Shown: one piece after another, positions 22,221 through 34,997 of the stretch
How the letters are laid out: each line of letters begins with the position of its first letter
How positions within the stretch are numbered: the first letter of the stretch is position 1
Assembly (NCBI GenBank): GCA_043228905.1
Contig: JBHGNT010000001.1
Span: 10,478,001-10,542,000 of the forward strand
DNA: 64,000 bases
Direction of reading: 5' to 3'
DNA from: Azolla caroliniana
Lineage: Eukaryota; Plantae; Polypodiophyta
Notes under the pieces: generated by a model
Seen by the model: only the letters and a program-made list of their open reading frames with translations
What the model was told of the DNA's origin: nothing
The model's database searches: none
Translations under genes and position numbers: made by a program

Positions 22221-25200
22221 TTATGCAGAGTTGCGGAATCCGTGCTCCAACTTGCGTTGTGCGAAGTCTGTGCTTCGGCTTGCGTGCGTAGTTTCTTCAG
22301 TACTCCCCCTCAAGCTTGGCAGGTCAGGGATTGTCAATTTGAGATCGGTCATGAATTGCCATAGCTTGTCGGCTCCTAAGGATTTAGTGAAGATGTCGGC
22401 CGTTTGAAGATTGGTGCTAATGTGCTGTAGGTCGACATTGCCAGCCAGAACGCGCTCTTGGATGAAGTGATAGTGCACTTCGATATGCTTTGTCCGCGCG
22501 TGGAACACCAAGTTCCGAGCCAGATAGATACTGCTCATGTTGTCACAGTAAAGGGAAGTCGGATCCTTGATGGGTACGCCAGATCCTTCAAATTCCTCTT
22601 GAGCCATACGACTTCACACGCAGCTACGACTGCACCCCTGTATTCCGCCTCCGTACTCGAAAGAGCGACGGTAGGCTGCTTCTTGCTACTCCAGGATATT
22701 GCTCCTAAGGCTTTAGTGAAGATGTCGGCCGTTTGAAGATTGGTGCTAATGTGCTTTAGGTCAACATCGCCAGCCAGAACGCGCTCTCGGATGAAGTGAT
22801 AGTGCACTTCGATGTGCTTTGTCCGCGCGTGGAACACTGGGTTCCGAGCCAGATAGATACTGCTCATGTTGTCGTAGTAAAGGGAAGTCGGATCCTTCAT
22901 GGGTACGCCCAGATCCTTCAAAATCCTCTTGAGCCATACGGCTTCACACACAGCTACGGCTGCACCCCTGTATTCCGCCTCCGTACTCGAAAGAGCGACG
23001 GTAGGCTGCTTCTTGCTACTCTAGGATATTGCTCCGCTGCCAAGGGAGAAAACAAATCCGGAGGTTAATCTTCTATCAGCTTTGAAGCCGGCCCAATCGG
23101 CGTTTGTGTACCCCTCGAGTCGTATTGGCATCGCGGTCTTGTAGAGGATGCCACAATCCATTGTGCCGCTCACGTAGCATAGAACTCACTTAGCGCAATC
23201 CAAGTGAGTATCACGCGGTGTTTGCATGAATTGGCTAAGGAGACCGACCGGATAACTGAGATCGGGTCGTGGGATCGTGAGGTAGATGAGACTCCCGATG
23301 AGTTGCCGATACTGAGTCGGTTCACATGCTTTGGTTCTGGAGTTTGCATCTAGTTTGAGATTGCGATCAAGCGAGGTTGCCGCGGATTTGCACTCAACCA
23401 TCCCGAACTTGTATAAAAGTTGAGGATGTAGTGCCGTTGAGAGATAATGATTCCGGCTAGAGTCCGAATTACCTCGATGCCGAGGAAGTAGTGGAGCTCC
23501 TTCATGTCCGTCATCTCGAACTTGTCGGAAAGGAGGGATTTGACTTTATTGATTTCGACGAGATGCTCACCACCAATGACTAGGTCATCCACATATAAAA
23601 TGATGACGATCGGACTTGCGGAATCGCTTCGTATGTAGAGGGACTTGTCTGATTTTGACATACGGAAGCCGATTTGATGAAGATATTGCGTTATCTTTGA
23701 ATGCCAAGCACGCGGTGCTTGCTTGAGGCCGTAGAGTGGCTTCTTGAGTTGGCAAACCACTTTTGGATGGGTGCTCGAGTTGAAGCCGGGTGGTTGGATC
23801 ATGTACACCTCCTCTTCTAATTTGCCTTGTAGAAAGGCGTTCTTGACGTCCATTTGATGGAGGTGCCACCCTTTCGCCGCGGCAATCGCAATTATGGTCC
23901 GCACCGTCGTCATCTTTGCCACCGGGGCAAAGGTCTCTTTGTAGTCGACGCCATGCGTCTGAGCATATCCTTTCGCTACGAGTCGAGCTTTGTAGTGGTT
24001 TACAAAGCCATCGGGGTTATACTTCACCTTGTAGATCCATCTGCATCCGATTGCCTTTTTGTGTGGTGAGGTGGGAACGAGATCCCACGTCTTGTTCTTC
24101 CATAGTGCCTGCATCTCCTCGTTCATTGCTGCGATCCATCGCGGCTTCCGAAAAAGTTTCCGGCTCCTGTATTGTCGCTACCTTCATCATAAAGGCGTAA
24201 TGGTACGCCATATAATCGTTGTAGCCGAATCGGCTTACAGGGTTCTTTTCACGAGTGGATCGGCGGAGCTTTTCATTTGCAGAGATGAGGGCTTTCTTAG
24301 CTCCGATTGGTACCTCGAAACCGCCAAACTCACTCTCGAGTGAGTGAATCGACTCATCGTCGTTGAAGCGATCGTCTTCGTATTCCGACATTTTCGCCTT
24401 GCCTTTGTCCATCTTTGGGCTAGGCCGTGATGTGCTTTGATCGCTCAAAGGCTCTTGTGGTCCACTCAATCGGGTCGTGATCGGACTTTCTTCGAATATG
24501 CGCATAAGGCGATCCTCATCCTCGATCTCTTGTTCGGCGAATTCCGGGTCGAGCGGAGTCAGAGTTGGAGTTGTCTCTGGTGCGTACCAGGATGCGAACT
24601 CATAAAAAACAACAACTCGACTTACTCGAGATTTTCGTGTTGAGGGGTTGTAGCACTTGTACCCCTTTTGCTCCAATGAGTATCCTACGAGGATACATTT
24701 CTCCGACTTCGGGTCAAGCTTTTGACGCTTCTCGTCGGGGATGTGCACATACGCTATCGCGCCGAATATCCGAATGTGTGATAAGTCCGGCTTCTTTCCG
24801 AAGTATTTTTCGAACGGAGTGACCTCGTGCACACCGGATGTTGTGCACCGGTTCATTAGGTAGACGACTGTATTTGCAGCTTTGGTCCAATATGACTTGG
24901 GCATATGCTTCTCGTTCATCATGGACCGCGCTACTTCGAGGATGTGCCGATTTTTGCGCTCGGCTACTCCGTTTTGTTGCGGAGTGTGTTGGCAAGTGAA
25001 TTCTTGCTGAATTCCTTCCTTTCGGAGATACGCCATGAAATCGTCCGAGAAGTACTCCTTGCCGTCATCCGATCAAAGGCATCGTACATGTCGGCCCATG
25101 GCTTTCTCGACTTCATTCTTGAAATTTTGGAAGTGTCCGAACACTTCGCTCTTTTGCCGCATCGGGTAGATCCAAGTGTGCCTAGAGAAGTCGTCGATGA

Positions 25201-26946
25201 AGAGCACGTAATATCGGCATCCGCCGAATGTAGCCGTCTGCGTCGGTCCCCATACGTCGGAATGGACTATGTCGAGTAGACCTTTGCTCACGTTTCGCTC
25301 TTTCGGGAATGGGTGTCGGTGTTGCTTGCCGAATTGGCATGCTTCGCATACACCTTCAATTTCCTTCTCTTTGAATATCGGTAGTCCGATGACGACTCCT
25401 TTCGATTTCATTGCTTTGAGTTTGTTGAGATTGATGTGGCCGATTCGCTTGTGCCATAGCTCTATGTCGGAGTCGGCTTTCGTGTTTTTCGCGAACATGG
25501 AGGATTTCATCTCGCATGAATCGAGAATGAACATCCGGCCCTCTCTTCGTCCGCATGCGATGAGTCGGCCCTCTTTTTCGATGAAGCAACCACCTTGATT
25601 AAATCGAACTTGCATCCCTTGTTCTACAATTTGGCCGACGGAGACCAAATTCTTCGTAATAGTTGGTACATGCAAGACATTTTTAATGTAATTTTGCTTA
25701 CCTTCTTTTCCGAACGGAACATTGCCAATGTGCCGAATTGGGTGCGTAGTGTCGTCTCTGGTTTCGACATAGCCGGGTCGGTCCGGCTCTTGAAGTTCTC
25801 GGAACCATTCTTGATGCGATGTCATATGGTTCGAGGCACCGAAATAGACGAACCATACATCTTCCGGATCGGAGGCACTAGTTGAGGTAGCGGCCGACAT
25901 AGAGTTTGCTCTATGTTTCATCATGAACATTCCGCCACGGTTGGAGTTGTGCGCATACATTCCACCACGATCTTCGTAGTCGGAGTTGTGCCCGTACATT
26001 TCACCACGGTCGAAGTTGTGTGCATACATTCCGCCACGATCTTCGTAGTCGGAGTTGTGTGCGTAATTCGCGAGTTGTCGGCTTGTGGAAGCCGATTCAC
26101 GCATCTTCTTTCAACACTCTTCTTCATGGTGGCCAAGCTTTTCGCAATATCCGCATTCGGTTGCATTTGACGGCTCGGGCCGGAGTGGAAGCTCCCCCTT
26201 CTTGCGAAGGTTCCTTGTTGGCCTCCGTTTTGCGGCAGAAATTGGGAGTTGTTGTCGTAGGTCGGACCTCGTCTGCCTTGTCCTTGGCCGAATCAACCTC
26301 TCGCTCGTCCGCGCCCTCTTCCTCCATTAGAGTGTGTGTAGAGCATGTGGCCTTCCGACTCATTGCTCCTTGTACGCACGTGGTTTTCTTTGACCAATAG
26401 CATTGATTGGAGCTCAAAGAAGGAGGGAGATTTCTCCCATGCTAGAACGGCGGTTCGCATCGCGCCAAACCGTGGTGCGAGGCCGCCAAGGCATATTTGC
26501 ACCATCTCATCATCATCTATACTTAGGCTTATTGAGCCGAGTGAGTCGCAAAGCTCCTTGATCTTCAAGGTGTATGTCGTAATGGACATGTCCCTCTGTT
26601 GAATGTTGTTCAACTCTTGGCGGAGTTGAAGCTTCCTCGCGGTCGTGTTGGTGGCGAAAATCTTTCGTAGATTTTCTCACGCTTCCTTCGGCGTCTTGGC
26701 TTCTCGAATGTAACCGAGCATGTGGTCGTGAACACATGTCGCCAAACAATACATCACGCGGCTTGCGGCTTGCTCCCATGTCGCATATCCGAGAGCCGCT
26801 TCGGCGGGTCGGTCTTCATGCGCTCCTTTGATGTAGCTCCAATAGCCTTGTCCGACAAGGTATTGGTGCATCTTGTACTCCCAAGATGCGAAGTTGTTTC
26901 GATCTAACTTCTCGGTAGGGAGAGCGCTCCCCATTTGAGTATTCAT
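22221..26946 (-). pseudogene. Copia G gag-pol (fragmented)
   Basis: EKLDRNNFASW, CGYCEKLGHHEEEC, GASNHMT, LWHKRIGH, VHSDVWGP, KLDPKSEKCILVGY, YVDD and HARTKHIEVHYHF motifs, with several stops and frameshifts. Confidence 0.9.
22372..23035 (-). repeat. ~330-bp tandem duplication of the RNase H region in G
   Basis: The ISWSSKKQ...TKALGA coding block occurs twice; GCTCC lies at the unit boundaries (22372, 22701, 23031). Confidence 0.9.
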
Positions 26947-27484
26947 TATGTCGATTCTTCTTCTTCTTCTTCTCTCTTCGAATGCGAGCTATGTAGCGAA
27001 GCTACGATAGCTATGAGCTGGTTCTTGGTCGTCGGCGTAGAGCACAACACATGATCACGATGAGGCGAATGGGCTAGATCGAGCTACCAAATCGCTCTGA
27101 TACCATGTAAAGAATCAAGAGATGGATTCTTGTGAAGCGAAAGAGATGTGAGTTATGTGTGTGTGTAATAGAGAGAGAGAGAGAGTGAAACACAGAGAAT
27201 ACGCAAGGTAAAAGCATATTGACAAAGGAGAAAGACTCAACATTGTACAAGGTGGGAGGAGGGTGCTTTATGTAGTCACCCTCTCTCTTCATTAACTACA
27301 AGCCTCATGGAGCATGGGGAATGTGAAAGCTCATAAGTTATGTTTCATTGAATATGATTCTATGACTCATACTAAATGCTAGAATACAAAGTGGTGACAT
27401 AATGGTGACTCTTGACCGTTGGAGTGTCTCTTCACTCTCAAGGTGAGTTCACACACTAGACCAAGTTGAGCTTGATTCTCAACA

Positions 27485-30223
27485 CGGTACCTAGGGCTCA
27501 CATCCCGAAGTTGATGGAGTTGCTGAAGCAAAAGGTGGAGATGGGGATCCTCGAGCCGTCGAGTTCCCCATACTCAAATCAGTGGTTTACGGTGCCGAAA
27601 AAGAATGGCACATTGCGCTTCATTTAGGACCTACAACCGGTCAATAAAGTGACCATTCGGAATGCAGGGATCGGACCAACCATCGATGAGTTCGCGGAAG
27701 CCTTCGTTGGAAGGTCAATCTACCCGGTTGGTGATCAATTCCAACTAGCTGTAGAGAGTAGGGATATCACGACGATGTGAACCCCTCTCGGCTTAGTTCG
27801 GATGTGTACCCTGCCTCAAGGAGGGACCAACTCGGTGGCACACATGGTGAACGCGATGAACAAAGTGTTGAGGGACTGCATCCCAGACATTACCATGCCA
27901 TTTTTGAACAACATCCCGATCAAGGGATATCCGATAGAAGAGAAGGATGAATCAGTCGAACCAGACGGATGTCGGAAGTTCATGACGGACCATATCAACG
28001 ACTGCGAGAAGGTGCTACAGAGGTTCGAGGGAGCGTGACTCACCTTCTCAAGAGAGAAGTCGGCTTTCGGGCAATCAGAAATCTTGGTGGTTGGGCACTT
28101 GTGCGGGCCGTATGGCCGGAAACCATCTCCAACTAAGCTAGAAGTATCTTTGCGATGAGAGAAGAATGCAAGTTGGTTACGAAGGTCCGGAGATTCCTTG
28201 GGGCGTGCACGTTCTACCATATCTGGATTCCGCATTACGCACACGTTGCGGAACTGCTCTACGGGTTGCTAAAGAAGGGCCGCAAATTCGAATGGAACGG
28301 GGAGCACGGAGAGTCAGTCTGAAGGCTGAAAGAGGCGCTTGTTGCGGCATCGGCCCTTCGGAAAGCAGTTTATGGAAAGGGTACCCCGGTTTACGTGACT
28401 GTGGACACGAGCCTGACCAGAATCGGATGGGTGGTCAATTAGGAAGACAAAGACGACGTAAGGTTCCCCATTCAATTCGGAGCGAAAGTATTAAACGAGT
28501 GGCAGCGAGGATACGCCTAGGTTAAACACAAAGTTTGGGGTATCGTTTCGGTAGTCAAGGATGCCAAAGACTATTTGATTGGGACAGAGGTAGTAATCGA
28601 GGTGAACTGCCTACCTATCCTAGGTATGGTTTACATATGTGTGACTCCGGACCTGACTATGCTCAAGTGGATCGCATACATCAAGTCCCTAAACCCGAAG
28701 ATCCGACACATTTCCGGTAAAGACAACGCCATGGCAGATATGCTTTCAAGAGCGCGGTTTTACAACGAGGACAACATGGTGTCGGAGGACGAAGAAGTCG
28801 GCGTGGACTTCTTCGAGTCGGCTCGCGTAGTAGAGGGGGAGGGGAGCACTCTGGGACTGAATGAGTTTAACGAAAACGAGTATGATTGGGAGTGGCTCCG
28901 GATAGGCAGATTCTTAAGGACATTGGCGCCGGACACGGCATGGACGAGGGATGAGGCGAACAGGATCAGGAAGAAGGCGTATTAGTTCTGCCTGCGGAAT
29001 AGGAGTATATGGAGGCATCTGAAGAAGCATAACGGCATTCTGCTCTGTGTAGTGAGAACAAGGGAAGAGCAAAAGGCGTTGTTGTCAGCATACCACGAGA
29101 GCCCTTGGGCCGGTCACCGCAAAACGTGGGCCACGTTCGAGAAGCTGAAGGAAAAATACTGGTGGCCGGGAATGTACTGGGATGCGCATCAATTCGTGAC
29201 GACCTGCGAAAGTTGCTAGATGCATTCCATGATCTAGCACAGAGAGGAGGTGCACCCGACCTACCCGCCGACCGTCCATTTCAAATGGATGGTGGACTTA
29301 GTGACGATGCCGATGGGAGTGGGGAAAATGCGGTACCTGGTGCTTGCGCAGGAGGACCTAACGAACCAGGTGGAGGACCGTGCATTGTAGAACAAAACGA
29401 CCGCAGCCGTATGCCGGTTCCTAATCGAAGAGGTGGTTTGCCGATATGGATGCGTGGGGAAGATCGTGGCCGGCCGGGGAGAACTAGACGCGCAGGAAGC
29501 CGAAGAGTTGTTTGACCCATTGGGTGTAAAACTCTCTCTTACTACAACGTACAATTCGAAGGCGAACGGAAAGGTGGAACTCCGACACGGGCCAATCGTG
29601 AAGGCATTAGTGTGGGCGTGCGAGGGCCGAGTCGGAAATTTTGCCGCGGTTCCTACCTTACTCATTATGGGTGAACCAAACCACGCACAGTTCGGTGACC
29701 GAGTTTATGCCAACAAAGCTTATGTACGGGCAGAAGCCGATCTCTTCGTGGGTGGCAATGGACTGGCCGGACGAAATGAGCCGGGAGGAGTTATTGGCAA
29801 CGCGGATTCGCCAGCTCGAGCGGAGGCCAGAGGACGTGGAACGGGCAAAGGCGAAATTGTACGCGACGCAGAAGAAGAACAAGGACCGGTTCGACCGGCA
29901 CACCAGCTAAGACCGAAGAAGATTGAGGAAGGCGACTAGGTGTTGGTTTATGATAGTAACCTCGACAACCAGCACAAGGAGACATAGAAATTCGCAAGGA
30001 GGTGGTTCGAGCCTTACGTGGTGACGAGCACGAACGACAATGACACATACCATCTTGCGGAGCTCGACGGAACATGAATGTCGGTACCGGTTGTGGGAAA
30101 GCGGATCAAAGGATTCAAGAAGTGGTACAAGGACGAGCCGGACCCGGAGTGCGCAGACAAAAGTGACGACCCGGAAAGGATGGACGAAGACATGGGGGCC
30201 TACGGATCGGAGGACGACAAATA
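27485..30223 (+). pseudogene. Gypsy C RT-RNase H-integrase (disrupted)
   Basis: LPQGGTNS, MPFLNNIPIKG (degenerate FLDD), GKDNAMADMLSR and integrase core; colinear with the pol of element A. Confidence 0.88.
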
Positions 30224-30292
30224 ACAATGACCGGTTTTCTCTTTGTCTCTCTTCGGCACATATTGGTGGATCTGTGGTTTGGTGGGGGTGGA

Positions 30293-30914
30293 TGTCGTGG
30301 GGAAAACCGGCTACGAGGTGAAACGGGGACGTGGACGTGTGTACAACCGCGTGCACGAATGCGCGCGCATTATAAATAAACTTGTAGATAATCTAAGCCT
30401 AGGCTAGGTCGGCATGATGGCAGAACTTTAATATAAGCAAATTAAATACGTGATTAAATTAAAATGAATCTTCGTCCGAAGCGGCAAGGAATAAAGTATG
30501 ATGTAACTACGTGATGTGATGACCCTCCTTCTTTGACCTATAAAAGGAGGAAGAGCGGTAGGGGGGGGGCATTTAGGGAGAACGAAGTGCTGTCAAATTG
30601 GGAAACGAGCACCCACTCTCTACCTTTTGCTTTGTTTTGTTAGCACAGACGCCTCTGCTCACGTAGGAAGCCTGTGTGCTCCCGTCAGAGGCTTCTTGTT
30701 GTATCCTGGTGTGTGAGTGTGTGCGTTGTTCGCTGAGCTCGTAGCTCAACCCCGACTGAGCCGATTGTAATTACTCTATTTCCCTAATTAATCGTTGGTG
30801 CCCGTCTTGTTGATAATCGTGTGTCGTTTCTCTTCTTTCCCTTCTTGTGCTCCTTGGTCCGAGGCCTCTATGGTCCCGCCTTTGTTTCGCACGCACACGC
30901 GTAAATACGCGACA
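30293..30914 (+). repeat. 3' LTR of Gypsy C
   Basis: TGTCGTGGGG...CGCGACA, following the PPT and matching 2155-4026. Confidence 0.92.
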
Positions 30915-30931
30915 CCGGCGATATGCTTGAG

Positions 30932-33900
30932 AAGAGGAGTGAATGTTTCGCGATATGCTTGAGAGACATGGGAAGGCTTTCGCATTCTTCCCACGAGAAA
31001 TGGGATGCGCTGACCCAAAGGTTATAGAGCCGATGGTGATCTTCACGGTGCCTCATGTGCCTTGGAATTTGAAACCGATACCGGTTCCGAGATGACACCT
31101 TCCGAAGTTGATCGAGCTCTTAAAGGAGAAGGTGAGTATGGGAATTCTAGAACCGTCGAATGCTCCTTATTCCAATAGGTGGTTCATGGTGCCGAAGAAG
31201 AATGGATCATTGCGATTCATCTAAGATCTTCAACCCGTCAACAAGGTGACAATTCGAAATGCCGGAATCGGTCCGAGCGTGGACGAATTTGCCGAAGCGT
31301 TTGCGGGCCGGTCCATCTACTCCATTGGCGATCTCTACTCCGGATATGACCAATTCCAATTGGCGATCGATAGTCGGGACATTACAACCATGAGGACTCC
31401 GATCGAGCTTGTGCGGATGTGTACCTTACCCCAAGGCGCAACGAACTCGGTGGCTCATATGGTGAATGCCATGAATAAAGTCTTGAAGGATTGCATTCTG
31501 GACATCACGATGCCATTCTTGGATGATATTCCAATAAAAGGATGTTCGGATGAGGAGAAAGATGAATCGAAAGATAAGGAAGGTTGTAGGAAGTTCATTG
31601 CGGATCATATGAAAGATTGAGAAGGTGCTTCAAAGGCTCGAAGATGCGAATTTGACATTTTCGGGAGAAAAATCCGCATTCGGGCAACCGGAGATCTTGG
31701 TGGTAGGTCACTTGTGTGGAGCATATGGCCGAAAGCCCTCACCATCCAAAGTGAACGCAATCCAAGACATGAAAGAAGAATGCGAAAACCAAACGGAGGT
31801 TCGAAGGTTCCTTGGAGCGTGCACGTTTTATCATATATGGATTCCTCACTACGCTCATGTCGCCGAACCATTATATGGACTACTAAAGAAAAGAATGAAG
31901 TTCGAATGGCGAGATGAGCACACAAATGCGATGCAAAGATTAAAGAAACTGCTTCTTGAAGCTCCGACACTAAGGAAGGCCGACTATGCCGAAGGAAAAC
32001 CAATTTACGTGACCGTAGATACGAGCCCAACCGGAATCGGGTGGGTCATCAATCAAGAAGGTGAAGATAATGCGCGATATGCCATCCGGTTCGGAGCAAA
32101 GGTTCTCAGCGAACGGCAACAAAGATATGCCCAAGTCAAGCGGGAACTTTGGGGTATTGTGTCGGCAGTGAAGACGGACAAAGATTACCTGATCGGGTCA
32201 GAAGTGATAATAGAGACAAATTGTCTCCCAATTCTCGGAATGGTCTCAGGATGTGCGACCCCAGATCCTGCTATGCTAAGATGGATCGCCTACATCAAGT
32301 CTTTAAACCCAGAGATCCGTCACATTGCAGGGAAGAAGAACGCCATGGCTGACATGTTGTCGAGGGCAAGATTTTCAAACGGAAGTAACATGGTTTCGGA
32401 AGATGAAGATGTCGCCCTCGACTTCTTCAAGATGGCTCGATTGTCGGCGGAAGACCAGGACACGCAAACCCTCCATGCCTTCAACGAGAACGAGTATGAA
32501 GGAGAGTGGTTACTCATTGGTAGATTCCTAAGAACATTGACGACAGATGCTTCGTTGACAAAGGAGGAGGCCCTACGAATCCGAAAGAAAGCTTACCGAT
32601 ACTTCTTGAAGGGAGGATTCCTTTGGCGACATCCAAAAAAAAAGGACAGGAATACCACGTCGAGTGGTGGTAAAGAAAGAGGAGCAAGAGACGTTGATGA
32701 CCGAATTCCACGAGAGTGCTTGGGCAGGTCATAGAGGAACATGGGGACGTTCGGAAAGTTGAAGGAGAAGTACTGGTGGCCAAGCATGTACAAAGATGTA
32801 CTCCATTTCGTGTCCACATGCGAAACTTGCCAAATATATTCAAATATACTTCATCGTGATGACTTACAGCCAACATACCCACTCACCATACACTTCAAAT
32901 GGATGGTGGATCTGGTCTCGATGCCAATGGGAGTGGGACAAATGAAGTACTTAGCGCTAGCGAGGGAAGACTTGACGAATCAAGTGGAAGGACGAGCCTT
33001 GACAAATAAGACGACTTGAGCCGTTTGCAAATTTCTGCTTGAAGAGGTTGTTTGCCGATATGGATGTGTAGGGAAGATAGTGGCCGACTGAGGGGAGTTG
33101 GACGCGCACGAAGCGACAGAGCTCTTCGAAAGACTAGGCGTGAAGCTCTCCCTCACGACTGCCTACAATCCGGAAGCGAATGGGAAGATCGAGCGAGGGC
33201 ATGGACCTATCGTTAAAGCCATCGTACGGGCATGCAACGGTCGAGTTGGGAATTGGCCACGACTATTACCCTATGCCTTGTGGGCCGATAGAACGACACA
33301 TAGTTCGGTGACAGGGTATATGCCGATGGAGCTTATGTATGGACAAAAGCCGATTATGCCCATTGAAAGGACGCTCGCCTCATGGGTAGCGATACTGTGG
33401 GAGAACGAGATGAACCAAGAAGAGTTATTAGCGGCGCAGATAAGGCAACTTGAAAGAAGACCTGAAGATTTAGAAAAAGCGCGAAAGATGATGGAGGCAG
33501 CCCGAGTAAAGAACAAAGTTCGGTTCGACAACACGCATCAACTTCGTCCCAAGAAGATTGAAGAAGGGGATTGGGTTTTGGCTTACGACAGCACCCTTGA
33601 CAATCAACATAGTATACAACAAGGAAGTTCGCAAGAAGATGGTTCAGGCCGTATGTGGTGACAAGTGCCAACGATAATGCCACATACCACCTTGCGGAAC
33701 TAGACGGATCAAGGTTGGCCATACCCATTGCGCGAAAAAGAGTAAAGATATTCAAGAAAAGACAAGACAAGGATCCTGACCTCGATTACCTCGACGATGA
33801 ACATAATAGGGCGGATGTAAATGAAGACATGGAGGAATCTAATTGATCATCGTAGCCGAAATATCACTTTCTCTCTTCTTGGCACATACCAGAGGACGTG

Positions 33901-34993
33901 CGGTTTGGTGGGGGTGGATGTCGTGAAGATTTTCGGCAATAGTGTGAAAATCCCATAAAACGTACAAAATCGAGTATGAATCACATAATACAATAATTGT
34001 GAAGATAACATTTTAAATAAATTTAATATCTAAGTACAAAATGATGGAGGTTTCGAATGCACTTTATTACACGAGAAACGGACAACTAAATGTCAAGATA
34101 TGAGGGTATAAAGTTTGTGAAAGGAAAAGAGAAAATTGTGAGATATCCCATATAGGCACGACAAATACGGCTCTCATCATATATAATGTAGAGAAAAAGA
34201 TATTATCTTTGTGTCTATGTGTGGAGCATAGAGAGTTCAAGGTAACTTGAACTAAGAGTGGAGGTGGGCTAGTTACTCGTAAAGGGTTTTGGCCAATCAA
34301 AACTGGACCGGCGATGGAGCCGGTGATCCGGCGGCATCCGGCGCCAGTGAGACACCGGCATCCGACGGCAGCACCGGTATCCAACGGCAATCGGCGACGA
34401 CATCCGGCGACTATATAAATAAATATATAAATATATATACATATATACATATACAAGGAGGGCAAGTAAGGGTTCAAACCTTGCACCTCCAAGTTAAGAG
34501 TCAATTGGCTTACCATTAAGCCATGCCATTTAGTTGAATTTTTATTTCTATCATTGTACTTTTACATAAATATTCTCATACATGAGAGCTAAAATGAGTG
34601 AGATGGTTATCATGCACCACATGTAATACATAAACACCAAATGGCAAACATGCATTTTATACATGTCTTGTACCCTCACATGCATCATATGCATGAGAGC
34701 ATCTATAAAAGAAGGAAGGGGGAGGAGAAAAAACACGTTTTTTTTTTGTTATGAAATTAAGAAGAAGAAATTCGTTATCAAATTGATCGTGTAACTTGTT
34801 TCTTAAATCCAAAGATAAAAGTTCAATCAATCTCTCTCAATCGTTTAATCTCAACTTCTCTCTTTCCCAATCTATCTTAAGTACTTTCTCGCCAAAGCTT
34901 GCGCCAAAGCTTGTACCGACTTTGAATCCTTCCGGTTCAGAACCCCGGCGGTTCCGCCTCACGATCCGCGCGTAGTGACGGATCTTCACGACA
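30932..34993 (+). mobile_element. 5'-truncated Gypsy element A (RT-RH-INT, PPT, 3' LTR 33919-34993)
   Basis: DLYSGYDQ, LPQGATNS, FLDD, DTSPTGIG, ADMLSR and integrase AYNPEANGKIER motifs; PPT GGTGGGGGTGGA at 33907-33918; LTR TGTCGTG...CACGACA. Confidence 0.9.
34459..34531 (-). promoter_or_regulatory. tRNA-derived (Lys-like) Pol III promoter-like module in the LTR of A
   Basis: Minus strand GGCATGGCTTAATGGTAAGCCAATTGACTCTTAACTTGGAGGTGCAAGGTTTGAACCCTTACTTGCCC: D-stem GGCTT/AAGCC, loop CTCTTAA, and a T-arm with a B-box-like motif. Confidence 0.62.
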
Positions 34994-34997
34994 ACGT

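Larger units (their letters stand above)
21766..27484 (-). mobile_element. Copia element G (a different lineage, short LTR), left end damaged
   Basis: Right LTR 27106-27484 (379 bp) with PBS-Met at 27094-27105; left LTR ~21780-22124 with a PPT next to it; no TSD. Confidence 0.9.
2155..30914 (+). mobile_element. Gypsy LTR retrotransposon C (non-chromoviral, degenerate), host of the nest
   Basis: LTR pair 2155-4026 (interrupted) and 30293-30914 with TG...CA ends; 4-bp TSD CCGG (2151-2154, 30915-30918); PBS at 4032; PPT GGTGGGGGTGGA before 30293; domain order gag-PR-RT-RH-INT. Confidence 0.92.

Noticed and set aside
34459-34531. Functional tRNA-Lys gene
   Set aside because: The anticodon and acceptor stems pair poorly and it lies inside an LTR; it is kept only as a tRNA-derived module.
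2486-34993. Pairing 2486-3727 with 33919-34993 as the two LTRs of one element
   Set aside because: The first has its own flanking duplication inside the C LTR and no PBS, the outer flanks (CCGA versus ACGT) do not match, and the two LTRs are strongly diverged.
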